A DNA stretch of 32,000 bases, taken from positions 1-32,000 of the forward strand of contig PAVW01000020.1 of NCBI GenBank assembly GCA_002713205.1, read 5' to 3'. Positions 7,870 through 14,678 of this stretch are shown piece after piece. Position numbers and translations under genes: made by a program. The notes below the pieces were generated by a model. The model was not told the DNA's origin and did no database searches. It saw only the letters and a program-made list of their open reading frames with translations. Source of the stretch: Nitrososphaerota archaeon (GTDB lineage: Archaea > Thermoproteota > Nitrososphaeria > Nitrososphaerales > UBA57). Positions within the stretch are counted from its first letter, which is position 1; every line of letters begins with the position of its first letter.

Positions 7870-9918
7870 TTACCTTCTTCTTCTATATGCGGTTAGAATT
7901 ATAATTGATAATATTCCAAAAATAATTAGGAAAATTGTAGTAAATCTAACCGAGTCAATTTCTTCTGCTGGTTCATTGACGATGTTTTCTTGTATTTCTA
8001 TTTCTTCTGAAATACCCAAGGCCATCAAAGATCCTGGTATCTGATTATGTAACAATCCACCTACTTCTTCTCTTCCCCTTCCTCCGTTTATTATATATAT
8101 CTGAAATTCACCATCAGAATTTCGCCCAATTGTCGGCTGAGTCGTCAATGGCGTATTTAAAAATATTTTATGTAATAATTCTCCTGTTATTCCGTTTAAT
8201 ATGTATAAATTTCCATCAGCCGCGGGTATTATTACCAGGTCTTCTGTAGCTATAATTCCACCTCTAAATGCTACTCCGTCAATAAAATAACTCCATATTT
8301 CTTCACCAGTATTTGCATCTATTCCTAATATTGTTGTATTTTGTTTTTGTTTTGGGTAATTTAGATTATATTCTCCAGGAGGAACTCCTATTCCTTTATG
8401 ATTACCTGCTTTTACACTAGCATCCCATCCAAGACTTAATGGCAATATCACTATGTCTTCTTTTTCATTGTAAGCAATGTCTGCTTCTCCAGCTCTTAAT
8501 GGTATAATGTAAAACCAATCCTTTGATGGATAATTCAACCATTTCTTTTCCTTCATGTCATAGTAACTCATTACATTATTCCAATATCCATCCTGAGTAT
8601 TTGGATCACATCCTATGCAAGGATGACCCGAAGTTCTTCCTCTTGGAATTCCATCTTCGCTTGTTCTACTTTCCAATAGAGGTGATTCATATATCCACAA
8701 TGGTTCGCCAGTAGCTGCATCAAGAGCCCAAAGTAGACCTGTAACAGAATATTTTATTATAGCTTTTTTCTTTTCTCCGTTTATTGTCAATTCAGTTAGA
8801 ACTGTATTCCAAGCTGTGTCTGCTTGCACCATATCTCTTGGTACTGTTTGATACCACCATATTATGTTTCCACTTGTTGCATTTAGTGCTACTATTGAAG
8901 ACGCAAATAAATTGGGTCCAATAGCATACGTATTATTTACCCATCCGCCCTGATTTCCAGTTCCGAAATATACTATTCCAGTCTCCTGATCCAATGCCAT
9001 TTGCCCCCACAGCAAACCTACTGCGGAATTATAGTGTTTTGGCACTCCCCAATCATTTATCAGATTCTCTCTTGGAACCTCGTTACATGGAATTCCAAGT
9101 CTTCCATTTTTCTTCCATTCTGGATATGAGAAGAACCATCCCTTGTCACATTCGTGCAAGGCCCATTCTGGATCACCATCTGATGGTGGCGCTAAAAACG
9201 TCCTCCATATTCTTTCAGGTGGATCTATATTCAGGTTATATCCATCAATGAATGCTCTACCTCCCCAATTTGAATCTGCTCCACATATTTGTGTAACATA
9301 GATGTTTGAATATTCTATTCCAGGGTGTGATGATAGTCCACATAATCCTGGCCCAATGTACGAGTCCCAATTATATGCATTTCCTTCAATGTTCCTGCAT
9401 GTATCATTTAATTCAAAATCGATTTCTCCATCTTCTGGATTTATTGATAAAATAGAACATGCTACTGTACTAGGAAACAATTTACCATTAATCAGATTTA
9501 ATCCATGAACATGTAATGCACCGCCTGTTATTGGTAATTTTCTATAAGCTTCTTTCCAATCAAAATCCCATATATTTACCCACTTTAGATTTCCTGTTGA
9601 AGAATCTATTGCATATGTGTCTCTCATGTTGGTTGTAAAATATACTGTGCCATTAATTACCAAAGGAGGCGTCATTGAACCTTCTGTTAAAGAAATCCCT
9701 TCTTGTTCATTAAATTCAGCAGCAGGAATTGGGTAAGTCCATTTCAATTCCAACATATGTGCGTTATCTGCGTTAATCTGATTCTGTGGTGAGTAGTTTG
9801 TTCCTCTCACATTGTGATTAATGAATTCCCAATTGCCTTGATTAGATAATGCTTGAATTTCTGATGATTGTGCTATTATGCTGAATAATATCAAAATAAT
9901 TATTATAGTTATCTTCAA
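7870..9918 (-). CDS. PQQ-dependent dehydrogenase-family beta-propeller protein, paralog 4 (catalytic Asp position is Gln); C-terminal TM anchor
   Basis: TTG at 9918 is the only start candidate after the in-frame stop at 9934-9936. Signal KITIIIILILFSIIAQSSEIQA. NWEFINHNVRGTNYSPQNQINADNAHMLELKWTYPIP. FGTGNQGGW...GPNLFASSIVALNATSGNIIWWYQTVPRDMVQADTAW. ALDAATGEPLW, GIDANTGEEIW. C-terminus TTIFLIIFGILSIIILTAY-RRRR. Confidence 0.88.
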   Translation of the reverse strand: MKITIIIILILFSIIAQSSEIQALSNQGNWEFINHNVRGTNYSPQNQINADNAHMLELKWTYPIPAAEFNEQEGISLTEGSMTPPLVINGTVYFTTNMRDTYAIDSSTGNLKWVNIWDFDWKEAYRKLPITGGALHVHGLNLINGKLFPSTVACSILSINPEDGEIDFELNDTCRNIEGNAYNWDSYIGPGLCGLSSHPGIEYSNIYVTQICGADSNWGGRAFIDGYNLNIDPPERIWRTFLAPPSDGDPEWALHECDKGWFFSYPEWKKNGRLGIPCNEVPRENLINDWGVPKHYNSAVGLLWGQMALDQETGIVYFGTGNQGGWVNNTYAIGPNLFASSIVALNATSGNIIWWYQTVPRDMVQADTAWNTVLTELTINGEKKKAIIKYSVTGLLWALDAATGEPLWIYESPLLESRTSEDGIPRGRTSGHPCIGCDPNTQDGYWNNVMSYYDMKEKKWLNYPSKDWFYIIPLRAGEADIAYNEKEDIVILPLSLGWDASVKAGNHKGIGVPPGEYNLNYPKQKQNTTILGIDANTGEEIWSYFIDGVAFRGGIIATEDLVIIPAADGNLYILNGITGELLHKIFLNTPLTTQPTIGRNSDGEFQIYIINGGRGREEVGGLLHNQIPGSLMALGISEEIEIQENIVNEPAEEIDSVRFTTIFLIIFGILSIIILTAYRRRR

Positions 9919-9972
9919 TTTCTTACCAGAATATCACAATTATAATATTTAGAATTTGATGTTTTTTTGTTA

Positions 9973-12252
9973 TTATATCTTATTTGTTAATTTTATGATT
10001 TTTATAATGGATATTCCAATTATTATAATTACTACAGAACCTAATAATACATTATAGAATTGTTCATCGAACCAATAGTTATCCCCCGAATCACTTTCTA
10101 AAATTCTTGATTCTGCTTTTTTCTCCTCTATTTCTTGTTTCTCAGGTTCTGGTTCTACTGGTACTGGCGCTGCGGGTGCTGGTATTTCAACACAATCACC
10201 TCGTACTCCTGCTTCGCAAAGAGAATCAACACCCGATGATGCTGGTTCATTTATTTTTTCAATATAATTATCAGGTAAACCAAAAGAAAATATAGCCCCC
10301 GGAATGTTTTGTTTTGTTATACCTCCTATTGCATAAGCTCCTCTTCCTCCACTAATCACAAATAATCTTGGTTCCCCATCAATTGTTTTTCCTATTGTTG
10401 GTAATACTAATAATGAATTACTAAGAAATATATTATCTAATAATTGCCCATTGTCAGCATCAAACATATACAAATTTCCATCTGCCGCAGGCAAATATAC
10501 GACTCCGCCACTTACCATTACTCCGCCCCTATATGCAACTCCATCAATAAAATAACTCCATTTTACTTTACCTGTTATTGCATCAACTGCATATAGCGTA
10601 ACATTTTTTGGTTGCGTATCGAGATAATAATCTTCACCTGGTTTGTCTCCTAGACTTCCATATTGTCCTGCTTTTATTGCTTTATCTACTCCTCCTGCGA
10701 CAGGAAGAAAAATTGTTTGTTTATCCATATCTACTGCAATATCTGCTTCTCCTGCTCTTGCTGGAATCCAATAAAACCAATCCTTTGATGGATAATTCAA
10801 CCATTTCTTTTCCTGCATGTCATAGTAACTCATTACATTATTCCAATATCCATCCTGAGTATTTGGATCACATCCTATGCAAGGATGACCCGAAGTTCTT
10901 CCTCTTATCGCTCCATCTGGATCTGTTCTACTTTCTAGTAATGGTGATTCAAATATCCACAATGGTTCACCAGTAGCTGCATCAAGAGCCCAAAGTAGAC
11001 CTGTAACAGAATACTTTAGTATTACTTTCTTTTCTTCACCATCTATTGTTAGTTTAGCGAGAACAGTATTCCAAGAACTGTCTCCTTCTACCATATCTCG
11101 TGGAACTTGTTGATACCACCAGACCATATCTCCTGTCATTACATCTAGAGCTATTGTAGATGCTGCATACAAATTCGGACCCGTTACAAATGTCTGATTA
11201 GGCCAACTGCCTTGATTTCCAGTACCAAAATAGACTATACCTGTTTCTTCATCAATTGCCATTTGACCCCAAATTGCTGCCACTGACGACGTAAAATGTT
11301 TTGGAACTCCCCAATCATTCATTATATTCTCCCTTGGAACGTCTATGCAAGGAATCCCGAGTTTACCTTCTTCTTTCCATTGCTTATATGAGAAGAACCA
11401 TCCCTTGTCACATTCATGTAACGCCCATTCTGGATCTCCCTCTGCTGGTGGCGCTAAGAATTTTCTCCATAATCTCTTTGGAGGATCGAAGTCTAAATCA
11501 TATGCATCTATAAATGCTCTACCGCCTCCCCATGATGCTGTAGCTCCTGTAATTGCCACTATTAGGATGTTCTCTTTTTGAAATATCGGACCTGGATGAG
11601 ATGGGGAACCGTACTTCCCTATGCCGTTATATGATTGCCATGAATAGTTGTTTCCTTCAACATTACTGCAAATCTTGTTAATTTCAAATGATAATTCACC
11701 AGAAAGCGCATCTATTGCTTGAACTGAACAATTTAATGTACTCGAATACAATAATCCATTTACATATTGTAAACCATGAATATGAGGTGCTCCTCCTGCA
11801 ATTTCAGGTAAATCAGCTCTGGCTTTATTCCAATCGTGTTTGTATATATTCAGCCAATTAAGATCTCCAAATTTTCCATCAAATGAATAAACATTTCTCA
11901 TATTTGACGAAACAAATACATTCCCATCTACTATTAGCGGAGGTGTTATTACGCCCTCGAATTGGATTCCTCCTGATTGATATCTTAAAAACTCTGACGC
12001 AGGTGGAAATGGATATATCCATTTTAATTCTAACATATTAACATTTTCTTTGTTAATGTCATTTTGTGGGCTATAATTACTTCCCCAGCTGTTATGATTT
12101 ACAAATTCCCAATTTCTTTCTGCACGTTCTCCGCTAGGAATTGCCAATAGGTTGTTATCTGCTTCAATAAACACTTTATTAAAAGTTGAAAAAATCAATA
12201 AGAACAAAAGAATTAGTATATATCCATATGAAAAATTCGTTATTGTTTTCAT
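9973..12252 (-). CDS. PQQ-dependent dehydrogenase-family beta-propeller protein, paralog 5 (catalytic Asp position is Glu); tandem sister of paralog 4; C-terminal TM anchor
   Basis: ATG at 12252 (MKTITNF...). The ORF track starts at a TTG at 12264. NWEFVNHNSWGSNYSPQNDINKENVNMLELKWIYPFP. FGTGNQGSW...GPNLYAASTIALDVMTGDMVWWYQQVPRDMVEGDSSW. ALDAATGEPLW, AVDAITGKVKW. Tail PAPAAPVPVEPEPEKQEIEEKK... and LLGSVVIIIIGISIIKII-KLTNKI. Confidence 0.88.
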   Translation of the reverse strand: MKTITNFSYGYILILLFLLIFSTFNKVFIEADNNLLAIPSGERAERNWEFVNHNSWGSNYSPQNDINKENVNMLELKWIYPFPPASEFLRYQSGGIQFEGVITPPLIVDGNVFVSSNMRNVYSFDGKFGDLNWLNIYKHDWNKARADLPEIAGGAPHIHGLQYVNGLLYSSTLNCSVQAIDALSGELSFEINKICSNVEGNNYSWQSYNGIGKYGSPSHPGPIFQKENILIVAITGATASWGGGRAFIDAYDLDFDPPKRLWRKFLAPPAEGDPEWALHECDKGWFFSYKQWKEEGKLGIPCIDVPRENIMNDWGVPKHFTSSVAAIWGQMAIDEETGIVYFGTGNQGSWPNQTFVTGPNLYAASTIALDVMTGDMVWWYQQVPRDMVEGDSSWNTVLAKLTIDGEEKKVILKYSVTGLLWALDAATGEPLWIFESPLLESRTDPDGAIRGRTSGHPCIGCDPNTQDGYWNNVMSYYDMQEKKWLNYPSKDWFYWIPARAGEADIAVDMDKQTIFLPVAGGVDKAIKAGQYGSLGDKPGEDYYLDTQPKNVTLYAVDAITGKVKWSYFIDGVAYRGGVMVSGGVVYLPAADGNLYMFDADNGQLLDNIFLSNSLLVLPTIGKTIDGEPRLFVISGGRGAYAIGGITKQNIPGAIFSFGLPDNYIEKINEPASSGVDSLCEAGVRGDCVEIPAPAAPVPVEPEPEKQEIEEKKAESRILESDSGDNYWFDEQFYNVLLGSVVIIIIGISIIKIIKLTNKI

Positions 12253-12269
12253 AAACACTACCAATACAT

Positions 12270-13874
12270 TTATCTCAAATATTTTTCCATGTAAGGTCCT
12301 TGAAGATGATATCCTAATTTTTTATAATATTCTCTTGTTCCAATGGCACTTATAACGAGTATCTTATTACATGACTCTTTTTCTTTTGCAATTTTCTCTG
12401 CTTCTTCCATTAGTTTACTTCCCATTCCTTTATGTTGCCAACTAGACTTGTCTTTTTTTCCCAATGGAATTAGTTGACCATATACATGAAGTTCTCTGAT
12501 TAGAGCTGTTTTTTCATCAATTTCTTTCCTATGTGCTAAAATTGAAGGAATTCGAAGTCTTGCAAAACCAATTAACGACTCACTTTTTTGCTCTTCCGCT
12601 GATATGAAATATTCATAACCTTTTGACGCTTCATATTTCTTCTTTAATATTTTTACATCTTTATGATTTATTTCAAATCCCTCTTTTAATTGTCTTAATC
12701 CGATTTCTCTACATCTAATACATTTACATTTGTAACCTTTTCTTCTCATTTCTGCAATAATTAATTCTCGTATGTTGCCCTTATCTACTCCTGCTTCGAT
12801 TTCTGATTTGGAAATTTCTCTTTGTATTCTCATTATTCTTACCCATTGCGGAATGTCTTTCTTAACTTCTGTTAATAAATTGATAACTGTTTGAGTATTG
12901 TATGGATCATACAATCCTTTTTGATACATTTTGTATAATCCAGTTCCAGGAACAACTAAAGTCGGATAAATTTTTAACATATCGGGCTTAAAATTAGATT
13001 CTGAAAATAAAGTTTTGAAATCTTCCAAGTCCTTATTGAAATTTGACCCAGGTAGTCCTGGCATCATATGAGCAACTATTTTAAAACCAGAATCTTTAGC
13101 TATTCTGAAAGATTCTATCACATCTTTTAATGTATGATCTCTGTTAGTGTGCTTATAGATTTCATCAGATAAAGTTTGTACGCCTATTTCTATTCGTGTA
13201 GCTCCAAATGATAGAACACTATCTATGTGCCGTTCTTTACACCAATCAGGCTTTGTTTCTATGCTAAGTCCTACATTTCTAACAATTGATTTTTCCCCTA
13301 TTTTATGAGCTGTTTTTATATTATTGGAAACTCTTCCATTAAGAGCATCAAAACAAGATTTTATAAAATTCTCCTGATAGTCGATAGGAAGATTCATGAA
13401 AGTACCTCCAATTATTAATAATTCTATTTTATCTATTTCATGTCCTATTGCTTTTAATTGAATCATTCTATTTTTTACTTGATTAAATGGATCGAATTCA
13501 ACTTCCAATGCTCGTATTGTAGCAGGTTCAGTAGGCAAATAGCTCTGAGGCGTTCCAATTTTTTCGCCGCCTGGACAGAAAACACAAACTCCATGAGGAC
13601 AATTATATGGCTTTGTCATTACTGAAATCACCGCTATTCCAGATGCTGTTTTTGTAGGTTTTATTTTTAGAATTTGAGAATAATACTTTCGTTTATTTTT
13701 TGGAAGTATGTTAAATATTTCTGAATTACTTGGTATGTGATCCATCTTTTTATTTTTGACTATTTCTTTTTTTAATTCTTGTAAATTTTTAAATTGTAAT
13801 GATTGATTTAAACCTAAATCTTCAGCAAGTATTTTTAAATTGTTTTTTATAATTGTTTGTTGATACTTCGACAA
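12270..13874 (-). CDS. elp3: Elp3-family radical SAM / GNAT acetyltransferase (tRNA U34 carboxymethylation enzyme homolog)
   Basis: KPTKTASGIAVISVMTKPYNCPHGVCVFCPGG matches the Elp3 radical-SAM cluster motif (CPHG.C.[FY]CPGG). TIM-barrel region IEIGVQTL. C-terminal GNAT-like ELHVYG...QHKGMGSKLMEEAEKIA. Start uncertain: TTG at 13874 or internal ATG (MDHIPS). Confidence 0.9.
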   Translation of the reverse strand: MSKYQQTIIKNNLKILAEDLGLNQSLQFKNLQELKKEIVKNKKMDHIPSNSEIFNILPKNKRKYYSQILKIKPTKTASGIAVISVMTKPYNCPHGVCVFCPGGEKIGTPQSYLPTEPATIRALEVEFDPFNQVKNRMIQLKAIGHEIDKIELLIIGGTFMNLPIDYQENFIKSCFDALNGRVSNNIKTAHKIGEKSIVRNVGLSIETKPDWCKERHIDSVLSFGATRIEIGVQTLSDEIYKHTNRDHTLKDVIESFRIAKDSGFKIVAHMMPGLPGSNFNKDLEDFKTLFSESNFKPDMLKIYPTLVVPGTGLYKMYQKGLYDPYNTQTVINLLTEVKKDIPQWVRIMRIQREISKSEIEAGVDKGNIRELIIAEMRRKGYKCKCIRCREIGLRQLKEGFEINHKDVKILKKKYEASKGYEYFISAEEQKSESLIGFARLRIPSILAHRKEIDEKTALIRELHVYGQLIPLGKKDKSSWQHKGMGSKLMEEAEKIAKEKESCNKILVISAIGTREYYKKLGYHLQGPYMEKYLR

Positions 13875-13955
13875 GATTTTAAATATTAATTAACTTTGGC
13901 TCTATATATTACTTCATTATATAAAGAATATTAATTTGTTCATTATACATGTAAT

Positions 13956-14567
13956 ATGTCTAGATATATAATTCTGTTATTGATATTTGTTCTTGGTTTA
14001 TTTTCTGGTATATCTTCGAGCTATATTGTTTTTTATCCGCAAATTAATTCGCTTAATACTTCCATTAACACATTTGCACAATTACAAATTAAACAAGATG
14101 ATGTTATTCAATCTCTAGAATTAAGTAATAATTTACTCAATGAAGAAATTAATTTACTCAAATTAAATAATTCACACTTGTTAGATCAATTAAATGAAAC
14201 ACAAATATTATTAGAAAAACTCCAAAATTCTTCGAATCAAATTGTAAACTTTGAAAATTTAATTGAACCTTTGCAGGATCCACTTTTGGAAATTGTTGAT
14301 AACTTTCAAAATTCAGAAATAATCATTAATAACCGGACTGCTTACCAAGTAACTGGAACAATTGTAAATTATAACACGGAAGCAGCTGAAAACATTCAGG
14401 TCCAAATAACTTGGTGGGTTTTAAGCGGTTGTGGTTGTGATTCTCTTCCACAACGCTCTGAAATAATCACAATTGAATCTATTTCTGGCCGTTCTTCTTT
14501 TAATATAGACGAAACATTTCATTTTTCATTCCCAAAATTTCAATTTTTACGTATAGAAATTTTGTAA
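13956..14567 (+). CDS. Hypothetical membrane-anchored protein with N/Q/L-rich coiled-coil region and C-terminal beta-rich domain
   Basis: ATG start. N-terminal TM helix (YIILLLIFVLGLFSGISSSYIVF). Heptad-like LNEEINLLKLNNSHLLDQLNETQILLEKLQ. No family recognised. Confidence 0.6.
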   Translation: MSRYIILLLIFVLGLFSGISSSYIVFYPQINSLNTSINTFAQLQIKQDDVIQSLELSNNLLNEEINLLKLNNSHLLDQLNETQILLEKLQNSSNQIVNFENLIEPLQDPLLEIVDNFQNSEIIINNRTAYQVTGTIVNYNTEAAENIQVQITWWVLSGCGCDSLPQRSEIITIESISGRSSFNIDETFHFSFPKFQFLRIEIL

Positions 14568-14572
14568 AACTG

Positions 14573-14580
14573 TTTTTTTT
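14573..14580 (+). terminator. Oligo-T (T8) tract 5 nt after the stop of the 13956..14567 gene
   Basis: Archaeal RNAP terminates at oligo-T. Position immediately 3' of the stop codon. Motif-only evidence. Confidence 0.35.
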
Positions 14581-14647
14581 ACTTTAAATACCGTCTTTTT
14601 ATGCTATAAACTACTGAAATGAATCTTTTTTTGTGTTTCTGGAGGGA

Positions 14648-14658
14648 TTTATATATAT
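14648..14658 (+). promoter_or_regulatory. TATA box (TTTATATATAT) about 26 nt upstream of the paralog 6 ATG; preceded by the G-rich GGAGGGA
   Basis: Canonical archaeal TTTATATA-type box. Spacing to the ATG at 14679 implies a leaderless or near-leaderless transcript. Confidence 0.45.
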
Positions 14659-14678
14659 TTTATTACTAAATCCAGTCC

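Noticed and set aside
14574-14589. 16-nt identity tttttttactttaaat shared with 19274-19289 (intergenic regions after the 13956-14567 gene and after atpE).
   Set aside because: It is a low-complexity T-run plus a TTTAAAT box. By a rough estimate, a match of this length and composition is expected by chance in 32 kb of AT-rich DNA. It probably just reflects generic terminator and TATA elements.
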